From positions 130,331,250 through 130,395,249 of the forward strand of contig NC_068982.1 in assembly GCF_001194135.2 (NCBI RefSeq): 64,000 nucleotides of DNA, given 5' to 3'. Under the pieces are notes generated by a model. That model saw only the letters and a list, made by a program, of their open reading frames with translations, searched no databases and had not been told where the DNA came from. Of the stretch, positions 1-12,166 are shown piece after piece. Each line of letters opens with the position of its first letter. The first letter of the stretch is position 1. Both the position numbers and the translations under genes were made by a program. The stretch comes from Octopus bimaculoides (lineage: Eukaryota).

Positions 1-282
1 TAAGCTATATATCTTACCATTATATACACTTTCTAATGTATACATCCTAGAAATGTGATGCATGTGTTATTATTAAAGTGTTTGAAACTTTTAAGAAAGA
101 TCATTTGTGAGAAATATATTTTCAGACAACTATCAGTATGAGATCATGATGAAGGGTTTCATTTTTTTCTAATTTAATTTCTACTTCAAAATTTCAAAAC
201 CTTCATATTTTTTCAGCCAGAGCAACCTCTTTTCCAAGTTTAAGTAAATCTTTGAACTGAATGCATTACCCACATATGAGAA

Positions 283-480
283 GGCATGTGCTCTAGATGT
301 TTGGGTGATCCTCAGTTTATAGGTTCAATTCCTGGACAAAGCAGAGAACTGAGTCTTTGACATTTCATTTCATATTGTTCCAGTCTATTCAGCATAAATA
401 AGTACCAGCTGAGTAGTGGTGCAGCTTTCTCTCACTCTAACAGTCTATTCTAGATGTTTTTTGGGGTCAAGGGTGGAAAG
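283..480 (+). mobile_element. Decayed tRNA-derived SINE
   Basis: B-box-like ggttcaattcctgg, followed by a core (ttccagtctattcagc..ataagtaccag) resembling other SINE copies in the window. Confidence 0.45.
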
Positions 481-839
481 GCCAAGGAGATGTCTATGTC
501 TGTTTATAGCTACATAACCTAAAACAATTAGTAAAAGCATGGTATAATCGGCTACAAAGACAGACTTGTTTGCAAATGGTAGCTATGGTATATCCAAAGG
601 GGAAAAGGACATGTAAAATCATTTAGAAGAGATAGACAAAGAAAAGGTGATCACAGACTGCAGAAGAAATTTGTTAACAAGTTATATATTTTATCTTCTA
701 AAAAGTACAAAATATAAATTCCTTTCCAAATATCAATATTCTTCTTTATACTACTTTCTGATATTGTCAAAACAGCACACAAAATTGTCATTATTAGAAT
801 TACAATCACACTCTTGTTAAAACTACTAATTTTTCTTAC

Positions 840-1131
840 TTAAGCCATTCTCTCCTCGTTCTCCCTTATCTCCTGGCAATCCTTTTAAACCTGGAAGACC
901 AGGGGGCCCAGTGTGACCAGGAGGTCCACGTGGTCCAACGATTCCTTTTCCCTTTGCTATTTGATCATCTCCAGAAGACTCAAGGTCAATGAATGTGCCA
1001 GAGTATCCAGAAGAAGGTTCTCCATATGACTGTCCTGGTGGACCTGGAGGACCTGGTGGACCTTGTAAACCAGTAGAGCCAGGTGAACCAGGTTTACCTG
1101 GAGGACCAACAATAGATTTGCCAGTTTCACC
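840..1131 (-). CDS. COL18A1/COL15A1: Multiplexin collagenous exon with acidic Ser-Gly interruption ([15 protein letters not shown]...[36 protein letters not shown]...GERGENGL)
   Basis: Acceptor catccacag|GGT, donor TTAA|gtaag, 292 nt, open frame with two Gly-X-Y runs. Confidence 0.95.
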
Positions 1132-1529
1132 CTGTGGATGAAAGAAAAAGAAAAATTGTTTCAGTTATTTTTACTTTTGAAACCATATGTAAAATCAAAT
1201 TCTTATGTTACAAAGTATGCTTTAATGTGAAATCCCACAATGTGAAATTTATTTCCCCCATTGAATTTCATGTTACAGTGTAATAATAATGCATTCCAAT
1301 TGATATTTTTATTTAAGAAAAGACAAAAACAGCATAAAAATTAAATAGAAAAACAAAAATCAAGCAACACAACTACTTTTATGCATGAAAATTAGAATGT
1401 CTTTATATGCACAGTACATCGTCAGGTGACACACTGTGCTTGAGGAGACTTATTGAGTCAAGTAAAATCAAAAATCAAAAACCAAAATCAAAATCACAAT
1501 CAGAATCTAAAAAAAATGTTGACCACTGT

Positions 1530-2215
1530 CTGAGGGGTGGTGATACATCTACTTCACAGGTGAACTTATTCAAAATTATTTGATGCTTAAGGCACATCAT
1601 CTCTTTGTACAGCTCAGTGTATGAACTGAAGTATTTGTAAATGTCTTTTATAATTTTTGTTATATTAGGGTTGTTATCATCAGAACTTACAAACCTTCCT
1701 TTATAGGTGCCTACACTTTAGCAATTTTCTTCACAGTCAACTTAAGTTTAGTTGTCGTAATTTCTGTTTTCTCATTTTGCTTCTGTTCTAATAGTATCAG
1801 CTTCTTGTTAGATAAGTTTTCTCTGTTGGGTACCAGTCACTCAGCCACATCATATTCCAACTTCTTCAAGCCCCACATCATTTGCAAGTGTCACATCCAA
1901 ATTTGGTGTTGACTTACTGCTTGTAGAAAATTTGTAAAGTCATTGTCACTGTCTAGCCACGTTTTTTTTCAATCAATGCACCCAAGAGCTGTCCCATGTT
2001 AAGCATCATATTAAATTTATAAAAGAATAACATTCAAGTTTTTGCACTGTGTCACATTTTTTTCTTCCTCTTGAAACCTTCTTAAAACAATAAATTTCAT
2101 ATCCAGTGTAATACTTTTACTCCTCTTTTCATATTATTCTTTCAGTTTCTCTTGATGGTTTCTTTCCAGACATTTTGAGTTTTAGGTAAATTCAGTAACA
2201 CCAGTTATCAAGAAT
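1530..2215 (-). mobile_element. Internally deleted Tigger/pogo DNA transposon remnant
   Basis: Minus-strand peptides KRSKSITLDMKFIVLRRFQEEEK (psq-type HTH N-terminus), LANDVGLEEV..ENLSNKKLILLEQ and YTELYKEM..QIILNKF (C-terminus), with stops and frameshifts. Confidence 0.7.
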
Positions 2216-2310
2216 TATCCATAACAAATATGTAGTAAAAAAATTATAGCACCAGAAAAGAACTGTTTTGTGAGAGCTGAAAATTGTCTTATTCCTATGG
2301 GTATAAGAAT

Positions 2311-2625
2311 GGAGAAGGCATGTACCTTAGTGGTTAGGGTAATTGGCTCATGAGTATAAGGTCATGAGTTCAATTCCTGGTGGCATGTTGTGTCCTGGAG
2401 CAAGACGCTTTATTTCATGTTGCTCTAGTCCACTTAACTGGCAAAAATGAGTTGTACCTGTAATTCAAAGGGCCAACCTTGTCACATTCTGTGTCATGTA
2501 GAATCTCTCTGAGAACTACATTAAGGGAACATGTGTCTGTGGAGTGTTCAACTACTTGCACATTAATTTCATGAGCAGGCTGTACTAATGATTGGATCAA
2601 CTGGGATCCTTGTTATTATAACAAC
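2311..2625 (+). mobile_element. tRNA-derived SINE
   Basis: A box (ttagtggttagg), B box (gagttcaattcc), and the core gagcaagacgctttatttcatgttgctc shared with the 11656-12166 copies. Confidence 0.75.
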
Positions 2626-2954
2626 TGATACTATTATTGCTTTTGCCAGATGTTTATTCAAAAGTTAATTGGTTGGTAGGGATGTTGGTTGTATTGGTAT
2701 TCATTTTGATGATCATTGTGATGGTGATAGTGTGGTTATAGTTGGTGGATATTGTTGTTTGGGAGCATCAAGAAAATTTATGTAGTGTCATAGAGGTCAG
2801 CTGCCCTGCTGATGTCAATAACTCTCAAAAAAATTAAAAAGAAATAGGATAACTACAGACAAATGCTTCAGAATCTTCAGTTTCTATAGATTCATATTTA
2901 TATCAATAATAACTTGTACACTGAGTTTTGTGATTAAATGCCTAAGTGATAATC

Positions 2955-2956
2955 TA

Positions 2957-2995
<39 letters not shown>

Positions 2996-3079
2996 GCCTG
3001 CCTGCCTGCCTGCTTGTCTGTCTGTCTGCCTGTCTGTCTGTCTGCCTGTCTTTCTGTCTTTCTGTCTACCTATCTTTAA

Positions 3080-3110
<31 letters not shown>

Positions 3111-3125
3111 TGCATGTATGTATGC

Positions 3126-3158
<33 letters not shown>

Positions 3159-3185
3159 TGTATGTATGTATGCATGTATGTATGC

Positions 3186-3218
<33 letters not shown>

Positions 3219-3230
3219 TGTACGTATGTA
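2955..3230. repeat. Compound tetranucleotide microsatellite (TCTG)n/(CCTG)n/(TATG)n
   Basis: Direct reading. It explains the three overlapping low-complexity ORFs. Confidence 0.97.
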
Positions 3231-3791
3231 TATTACTTGCTAGCTATGGGCCTGGAGGAAGGGGCAATATTTATGGCCTTTACATGCTCTCCATAACTGG
3301 TGAGACTGATATTGTTAATGTCCTGCTTAAACTATTGCAAGTTGTCATCTACAGGTAAAACACGAGCTGGGAAATAATTCCAGAAGACAGACACTCTAGG
3401 ATGAAAGGCATGGGTATAGTGGCTAGTGTAGAGCCTAGAGATAATATATGTTAAGAAAGATTTAAAAAATGAAAAACAAGTGAGCCAAGAGTGCTGGAAT
3501 GGAGACCAGCTACCTTTGATGAGCAGAATACATTATAGCAATGGCATAACAGGCAGAGAGATGCAATATGATGTATGTAGTTCAGAACCTGGGGCATATT
3601 TATGAGTGATTTTATGTCAGTCAAGTGGTCTAGAATCCGTGTGCATATATATGAAAATATGTATGTGAGTACATGTATAATGTTTGTGCACATGAACAAT
3701 GAAGACAAATGAGTTTAAGAAAGAAATGTTCAGTAATTGATAACATTGTGTAATCATTGCTATTTCATAAGTAATTGTTGCTAATACTAAC

Positions 3792-3949
3792 CTTTACTCC
3801 TGCGAAGCCAGTCATTCCTCTCTCTCCCTTTTCTCCTTTAGCTCCTATTCCTCCTTGACCACTCAAATCAAGTTTTACTATTTCTCCTTTTTCTCCCTTC
3901 TGACCTGGAACTCCAATTGGTCCCATTAGACCAGGAGGTCCTTGATCCC
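3792..3949 (-). CDS. COL18A1/COL15A1: Multiplexin collagenous exon (G-DQGPPGLMGPIGVPGQKGEKGEIVKLDLSGQGGIGAKGEKGERGMTGFAGVK)
   Basis: Acceptor ttttcacag|GG completes the split Gly codon from the upstream exon. Donor AAG|gttagt. 158 nt. Confidence 0.95.
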
Positions 3950-4622
3950 CTGTGAAAACAAAAAAAAGGTAAATTTATATGTAAAGTACTATGAATTAAA
4001 AATATGCACACAATATGCACAAAAATCTGAAGAAGTTCTTTATCGCAAAGGATAAGAACTGATATTAGTGAGGAATCAAAGAACTGACAAAAAGGTGAAT
4101 ACAGACAGTATCTTAAAATAATTAAATGGTGGGTGATATAACTGAAGAGACACCTGGTCAGTCATCCCTATACTTTCCTTCCAGCATTTTTGCTTCCTAT
4201 GCACTTATAACATCTTGAATAAAAGAATTTATACCAATAATTCCCATTATCTCTTTGCTAAAGAGGCAGAAGTCTTGGATTTAAGAAATAAGAGAGTGAT
4301 GGAGCCCATTGATGGGCAGTTTTGCATGCCATGTACATTTGAATGCTTTACTGATGCTAAGTGCAATATCACTCGTAGTAAGTAACACAGGAGAGTAGAT
4401 TTTTCATTGGTGTGGTTTTGTGAAAACCATTGATAATAGACAGAGATTCAAATTTTGGAGAAGATTGTTGTTAATGGCTATTTACATCACTTTCAGCATG
4501 GTGTAAGTTAGTACTATAGAACAATAATTTTAACAGTTAAAGGACTCATTCACCATCTTGGGAACAGCACTTGCTGAAGTGTGTTTGCAAAGATTGCTAT
4601 AAAGCCACACACACACACACAC

Positions 4623-4665
<43 letters not shown>

Positions 4666-4779
4666 TATGGGCTATCCATGAAATTTGTTACAATAGTGGA
4701 AATGGTCAGGGATGTGGCCTGTTTAGTTTGAAATACCTGAAAGTACTTCCATATTTTTCCTGTATATATGTATGTAATG

Positions 4780-5400
4780 GATAGCCTGGTGAAATGAAAA
4801 GAAATTGCTTTGTGTGTGGATTTACTTAGTAGGAAAGCATGGAAGTATTTTTCTCCTTGAAAATACTGCTTGTAGAACCATCATATTTGAGTAGTGCAGT
4901 AGAAATCCTAATGGTAAGGGACTAAAAGAATTATCTTTAGTTTTGTAGGAAGGAGAGTTTGTGGACTGTGCTATGAATGGAAGTATCTATCATTCAACAC
5001 CATAGCCATGAGTGAACCACATGTGGCGATTTGGGGCTATAAGTGTTGGTTATATATTGGAGGTGGAGAGATATGGCTCATTTATCAGTTATCGAACTAT
5101 TTCTTATTGGTTTGATGTGAAGCACATGTGCTGATGAGTTGCTACAATCAGATAGCATAGAATTGACACAAAGCTTTGACCAGTCATCTAATTTGGTGTC
5201 ACAGAATGAGGGAGATGCTTGTGTAGTCTGAGGGCATTTGGGAGATAATCATAATAAAGGAATGATCAGATGACCCAAAAGGGTACAGATGCTGATGATT
5301 TGGTAGAAGCTGGTTTTAGAGGTGAGAATAAGATCAAGAGGGGTTGAATAAGGCATTTTGATTAAAAACTGCCTTATAAGTTGAGGATAGAGTGTGTCTA
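4780..5400 (-). mobile_element. Possible highly decayed CR1/L2-type LINE 3' region
   Basis: Only scattered motifs (DRYFHS..LLVP, resembling the YRYFHG..VP C-terminal motif) among many stops. Confidence 0.3.
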
Positions 5401-5747
5401 TAGTAGGGGAAGAGAGAAGGAAATGAATAAAGACTAATTCTAAGTAGTTAAGTTAAAATTCAAAACATTCAACTTGAGACTAGAGATGACACTTAACCAG
5501 TTCAATACTGATGGTGTTATGTATTGCTTAAAACTGGTCATATCTATGTTGATGTGGAAAAATTAATGATGATGATGACTATAATGCAGTGCTGATACTA
5601 GTGGTAGTTATGATGATCCAGTTGTGGTTGTGATAATCAAGATTAAGTATGCTTTACATACACATAAAACATTATACTTGTGTGGCCTAATGTATTATCA
5701 AATTCAGCCTTTATTTAAGGCAACAGTACTTTCATCATCATCATCCT

Positions 5748-6075
5748 CATTACCATCATCATCGTTTACGCCTGCTTTCTATACTGGCATGGGTTGGATG
5801 GCTTGACTGAAAACTGGCAATCCAGGAGGCTGTACCAAGCTGTACCAAGCTGTACCAGGCTCCAATCTGATCTGGCAAGGTTTCTACAGCTGGATGCCCT
5901 TCCTAATGCAAACCATTCCAAGAGTATAGCAGGTGCTTTTTATGTGCCACTGGCAAGTGGGCCAGTCAGGCAGTACTGGCATCGACCACACTTGAATGGT
6001 GCTTTTTATGTGTCACCAGCACAGGAGCTAGTCAGGTGACACTAGCAACGACTACGCTCAAATGGTGCTTTTTAA
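5748..6075 (-). mobile_element. RTE-related non-autonomous element with (TGA)n tail
   Basis: catcatcatc..gttta..catgggttgga and ggatgcccttcctaatgc motifs typical of RTE-associated repeats. Includes a 10-bp tandem repeat gctgtaccaa x3. Confidence 0.5.
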
Positions 6076-6372
6076 GGTAATGAGATAGCTATAATTATTG
6101 AGGAAGCAAGAATGGTGTTGTTGGGGAAGTTAGACAGGTGAAGTTGGGATTGTTGAAGCAGGGAGAAGACTGGAGTTGCTTAAAGAGTGACACACATAGA
6201 ATTGTTGAAGTAATGAGTGAGATGGACTGGGTGGAGTAGTTAGTAAAATAAGTAAATAACAAAAGTGATAGCCATTAATTTATTAAATTTAGAACATCAG
6301 CCAATAGATTTTGTAGGAGAAACTATCTATGGCTGTAAAAGAATGTTCAAGTTGTCAATAATCAGTTCTTAC

Positions 6373-6505
6373 CTTTCAAGCCTGATCGTGGTGGCAGTGG
6401 TGGAGGAGGGGAAATCATTGGTTGACTTATTCCTGGTTCACCTTTTATACCTTTCTCACCTTGTGAGCCCTTCTCACCTTTAATTGTGTGACTTACATGA
6501 GGTCT
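6373..6505 (-). CDS. COL18A1/COL15A1: Multiplexin exon: start of first collagenous domain (RPHVSHTIKGEKGSQGEKGIKGEPGISQPMISPPPPLPPRSGLK-G)
   Basis: Acceptor ttcacag|AGA, donor AAAG|gtaag, 133 nt, phase 0/1. Contains KGE Gly-X-Y triplets and a proline-rich interruption. Confidence 0.9.
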
Positions 6506-8956
6506 CTGTGAACAATAATGAAGATTATATTAAATATGGAACCATAAACAACAATGTCAAAGTTTTAATTTTGTCTCTTTCATAACTTTTTGTGGATTAC
6601 TTGGTGGAATATATGCCCCCCCCCCACCTACATCTTTGCTGCACCGATGATTCCAAACCTAGTTAGAGCCTTTGTTACAGCTGTCTATGTCACGTGTTAC
6701 AGCCTTTTATTGTGTTCACAGAACATTGAGCTGTAGTCATGTCAGCATTTTGATTCCTGGCACGGATCATCATAATACAGGTAACTATTTTCCAATATTT
6801 AGATGACTTCCAGTCCTTCATGTTAGCTAACTTTTTCCTGACTACAATTTAAATTTTTATACTCTCCAACTCTGTTGACTGTTCATGAATACATCAAGCT
6901 ATTCCTAAAAATAAAAGGAGACACAAAAAAAAAAAAAATTATCATCAAATTTAACCTGAGTACACTGTACCTCTGAACTTAACAGACATTTTTTCCGTTT
7001 ATTTTGTATTATTCTTATTTTGTTTTATTTCTCAGCAACTTCCCAATTTAACTTTAATTTTCACTCTCTACTTTTGAACTAACATGATATTGCATCTAAT
7101 GTAGAAATAATCACATTAATCCTCAGCCCACAGATTTGGTCTGAATGCTTGCAACAGAATGAACTCTGCACAAGTAAAGAAGTAAATACAGTATCAAAAG
7201 ACTTTCTAGTAAATGGTAATTTTTCTTGAAAGTACACTCACCATTTTAAAATAAGACATATTGGATATGTTTGATACACTCAAAAGAAATGGGATGGTCA
7301 CTGGTGGAAAGATTTTGATGTTAGGTTTGATTAATTAGGATCGTCTTTGGTCAAACACTACCACTGCCAGTGGCAGCAGCGTTACCACCACCACCACCAA
7401 CAACAACAAAGGTAACAACAAATGTATGTGATTTTTTTCTTTTACTTGGTAAAAAGGTTTCAAGATGTGATATCCCACAACTGTTAGACTACAAAAGGTG
7501 TGGTTATATGTATAGACTATGAATTTAGAATTAGTTCAGAAAATGGGATTTTTGTTTTACTGAATCAGTTAGATGCCAACCTATTGATGGAACGATCCTC
7601 TGTATGTATGTGATCATCACCACTGACCCAGAAACTTAATTTTCATTGAAGCAGTTCAGTTCTCTTAGCTATAAATATGTACCATGTGTATATATGAAAT
7701 ACCTCTATAAGCAGCCCTATCTCGCTCCCCCCCTCTCTCTCTGCATGTACGTACGTATATACGTACACATGTATGTATGTATGTACCTACGAATTCATCT
7801 ATTCTCAGTTACTGGTGGGAAGAAAGAAATTACGTGGATTTAAAATATTCTAGTCAGCGTTCGATTGCTGTCTGGTGAGAGGGTCAATAACAAACAAGTC
7901 ATTGTCGTAAACATCACTCAAACAATAGGATTTTAATATTTATTGCAAACAAAGGATGTCCAAAGGGAAAGTTGCTGCTGATCGTACAGCTGTTTTAATG
8001 CTTTCTTTTAACAAAGATACCCTTACCAGATGTTATAACCATCCAATTGTCAATGACTCCACTAATTCAAAATTAACATACGACAGTAGCAGCGAATCGG
8101 AAATATATAATTTTGCTTTAAAAGTATGATCATTGTGAATGTACGACCGTCGGTATAAAGCTTCATTGTAAATAAACCACCAATTGTAGATTGTTTTAAT
8201 TGTATTTTGAATAAGACACTAAATGTCTATTTTGGATGTGAAAACAGTCTCTGTTCTTAATGGAAGCGTTGATACAACATTGTAAAAGAACACACGCAAA
8301 AATAATCTTGAATAAAACAATTGTCCCGTTATTGTAGAACTCATTATTGTGCAGACCAACTGAAACCAAACATGAAAAGAAAAACAATGAACAAATGACG
8401 AGATTAAGCTGATTTTTAAACGAGATTATGGCTTACTTTAGATTAACGAGATTATGGTGGTTTACTTTGATAAACTAGCCACATATATTAGATACTTTTA
8501 ATAGAATATATTTTAGATGACGAAATTTCTGTGATATTTTCTCTCCTCGCTTGAAAAACATCAAGCTGATGAGTATGAATATAAAAGAAATTCATTTTTA
8601 TAAACTTTAAAATTGATATTTGTTTTGAAGATGCTTACTCTAATGTTTAGGTTTATGTAAAATATTGCATAGAGAGTAAGAGAGGAGTCCCACATCTTAG
8701 TATTATCGTTCAGATAGTTCAATTAGCGTTTTCCTACATTTCGGTTGCATTTTCTCCTCTAAGTATATTGTATTAATGGTTGAATTAGTAATGAGGTAAC
8801 GTATTTTCCAGAATTCATGAAGTTAACGTTCAATTCCTTATTCGAAGCCTTAACCAGAGAGAGAGAGAGGAAAGATAAATCTCTCTTTGGACGGAGCAAC
8901 AATAATCCATCGCAAAGAACAACACTGAAGCAGTTGGTTTTAAATACATACATACT

Positions 8957-9550
8957 ACCCACATCATAAACAGTTGTCCGAAAATGTCATCATTGTATTA
9001 TCTACCCATGAGACATGATGTTGTATCTAGGACACTCTATAATGAAATCCGTCAGGACATAGAAATAAGAACCCACAGTATGGTAGAAGCCATAGCCACT
9101 CATAATAAAAAGGAGTACTGGTGGAATGTCCCTGTGAAGACCTCAATAAAATGTAAGCACAACAGACCTGATATAATGATTTGGAATAGAGAAGAGAAGT
9201 TAATTGCCCAGCAGATGTTAACATAAAGCTGAAGATCAGTGAAAAAGAGAATACCCACGCTGAACTATTGAGAAATCTGCAGTTACTCTATCCAGATTAG
9301 AAGTTCAAGTTTATAACTGTAATTATTGGGGCCCTGGGATATGTAACACACTGCCTAAATACCAATCCTGAGAAATTAGGCTTCTCAAAACTAGAAAGGA
9401 GAAAGCAGATTCGAAGACTACAGATCAGGCCATCACTGGAACTATAAATATCTGTAAAACTTTATTTAAATATACATGAGCATGTTTAGATATGCAACTA
9501 TATGCATGAGAATACATACAAAAAGCAAAACATACAAATCTGCACATATA
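8957..9550 (+). mobile_element. 5'-truncated RLE-type non-LTR retrotransposon (R4/Dong-like), zinc knuckle end plus restriction-like endonuclease
   Basis: THIINSCPKM..YLPMRHDVV..YWWNVPVKT...HNRPDIMIWNREEK, then VIIGALG and QAITGTINICK in shifted frames. Confidence 0.8.
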
Positions 9551-9583
9551 CATTCATTCATACATACATACATAAATACATAC

Positions 9584-9635
9584 GACCAAAGCCTTGTGAG
9601 TGGATTTGGTAGACGGAAACTGAAAGAAGCCCGTC

Positions 9636-9682
<47 letters not shown>

Positions 9683-9830
9683 TATGTGTGTGTGTCTGTA
9701 TTTGTCCCCCTACCATCGCTTGACCCTTGTAATTTAGCGGTTCGGCAAAAGAAACCGATAAAATAACTACTAGGCCTACAAAGAACAAGTTCTGGGGGTC
9801 AAATGACTGAAACAAGTAAAAGAATAAAAG
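9584..9830 (+). mobile_element. tRNA-SINE family A, 3' portion, with internal (TA)n
   Basis: gaccaaagccttgtgagtggatttggtagacggaaactgaaagaagcccgtcg...gactgaaacaagtaaaag, matching copies at 23219, 25170 and 48160. Confidence 0.85.
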
Positions 9831-10358
9831 AATATCCATACGAATAACATGGTTTGGTCGTATACGCACGTGGTTGAAGTGAATGAATTAGATTTAGCTT
9901 GTATATAAATGTGAACATTTGTATATACGTTTGTGGATACGTGTTATTCGTATGGGTATGTATAAATGTTTATAATTATGTACAATGTGTCATACTATAC
10001 TGATGACAGTAAAGAGATTTACATCTCTAAACTAGAAATCGAGCTATAGTTTTAAAAATCTTTTTATTCACTTCCCTCTCTTTCAACCTGTGCCAATGAG
10101 GTAAATAGTGTAGTTCTTAGAGCCATTTGGCGTCTGTTCCTAGCATGTGGCGCTATTCATTAGTGCCTTTATTATAATTATATTTATATAATTATATATT
10201 TTGTATTAATTGTTACCTATATGCTGGCTACTTGATAAAATCATATAAATTTCATACTTGATTATATATNNNNNNNNNNNNNNNNNNNNNNNNNNNNNNN
10301 NNNNNNNNNNNNNNNNNNNNNNNNNNNNNNNNNNNNNNNNNNNNNNNNNNNNNNNNNN

Positions 10359-10435
<77 letters not shown>

Positions 10436-10834
10436 TTGTACATACACACACGCACACACATACATTACAGTAAGGTGAAAGTTAAAACACTGAAATTGAG
10501 TTGAACAAGTAAGTACCAGTTAACAAGGAAAAGGCTGATGTGTTACGCCCTATAACTGGCAACATTATGTCCATGCACAAAGTCCTTAATTTACAAACAT
10601 CAGAGTCTATTTCACTGAAAGTAGACACCGTAGTGTGGTTAAATTTAATCTCATAGGCAATGATAATGATTTACATTAACTGAACTAATTGGGTCCTTGT
10701 TGAGTTTTATTCAATTATCTCGATGTTAAAGCTACTTGTGAAGGGAAAAAAAGGATATATATGTACACTAGCGTTTCTCGTAATTTCTGACACACATACA
10801 CACACAAAGGCACGCAAACACACACACACACACG

Positions 10835-10906
<72 letters not shown>

Positions 10907-11209
10907 ATATTACAATAGTCACAAGTTTATATAATTCGCTTCTACGTACGTTTCAACCTTGTGATTGCTTGGAACTCTGCAATTGGATGCTAACCACAAC
11001 AGATCATCAGGGAATTTTCTTATTGCGTTATGTTACATAGCACCAAAGCAAAACAATCAATCACATCAATTAATAAGAGTGTTTAACGGAGTTCGTGAAC
11101 TGTAAGTACTATCTATGTACCTCTACAGATCACAACTACTTTCAAGATAAACTAACGATTGAATTTATAAAAAGGGGGCTTAAAAGATGTTGAAGAATCT
11201 TGTACTTAC

Positions 11210-11275
11210 ATAAGGATATTTGGTTGGCACTATTATTTCATCACGTCCGCTTCCTGAGCCACTGCCATAATCGGA
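11210..11275 (-). CDS. COL18A1/COL15A1: Multiplexin exon: 66-nt Ser-Gly microexon (SDYGSGSGSGRDEIIVPTKYPY)
   Basis: Long pyrimidine tract ending ccatttctttag|TCC, donor TAT|gtaagt, phase 0/0. In frame with both neighbours. Contains Ser-Gly repeats flanked by acidic residues. Confidence 0.85.
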
Positions 11276-11540
11276 CTAAAGAAATGGAAAAGAAAAATGT
11301 TAAGGGAAATTGTAAACCTTCTGACATATATTAAAAAACTCCAACAATTTATCTCATCACATTTTATGACGAGAAACTGAGATGACAAAGGCAAAGAAAT
11401 TACATAACAAATAAATATAGAAAATAAGAAAATATGAATTCCAAATGCAAAGTACAGAATACACCCGGTGCAATAACCACCATGCCTTAGGAGAAGAATC
11501 ATGTTATATATATATAAAATGAAAGAAATTAGAATTTTAG

Positions 11541-11573
<33 letters not shown>

Positions 11574-11655
11574 AACACATATATATACATATATACATAT
11601 ATATAATATATATAATTTTACATCTATATACAAATACCACCCCCTCCCCACATAC

Positions 11656-11922
11656 AAGGTAAAGACCTCCTTCGGTCATAAATGACCAAGGTATTGCACC
11701 TAGAAAGTTACCCTCCAAGGCACACGTCCACGCAAGGTTGTTTATGGAAGAGCTGCCTTCCCTCTCCACGCCACCGATGTTACTCAAGAGAAAAGAAAAT
11801 GACCGATACAGCTTGGCACCAATGACGTCGCTACTCATTTCTACAGCTGAGTGAACTGGGGCAGCGTGAAATAAAGCGTTTAGCTCAAGAACACAACACA
11901 AAGCCCGGTGCGGAATCGAACT
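11656..11922 (-). mobile_element. tRNA-SINE family C (minus copy)
   Basis: B box gagttcgattcc on the minus strand. It is the reverse complement of the adjacent plus copy over about 240 bp. Confidence 0.85.
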
Positions 11923-11923
11923 C

Positions 11924-12166
11924 GAGCAAACAATTTATTTCAAGTTGCTTCAGTTCACTCAGCTGTAGAAATGAGTTGTGACATCACAGGTGCCAAGCTG
12001 TATCGGCCTTTGTCTTTCCCTTGCCTTTCCCATCGGTGGCGTGGATAGGGGAGGCTGGTATGAATGGGCGACCGCAGATCTATAAACAACCTTGCTCGGA
12101 CTTGTGCCGGGAAACTTTCTAGGTGCATTCTCATGGTCGCTCATGACCAAAAGGGTCTTTACCCTT
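11924..12166 (+). mobile_element. tRNA-SINE family C (plus copy, 5'-truncated)
   Basis: cagttcactcagctgtagaaatgag...gccaagctgtatcgg...ctttctaggtgca...ggtctttacc. Confidence 0.85.

Noticed and set aside
2946-3358. ORFs rich in MYVC, HTHT, IYIY, CVCV and similar, here and throughout the window
   Set aside because: They are translations of di-, tri- and tetranucleotide microsatellites, with no splice or homology support.
7200-7310. Strong-looking donor aaaatg|gtgagt at about 7241
   Set aside because: The upstream block has a stop in phase 0 and looks like a dispersed repeat fragment.
8027-8061. Candidate 35-nt exon (tag|...CATCTG|gtaagg)
   Set aside because: It has a stop in phase 0 and its only open phase is incompatible with the flanking phase-0 exons.
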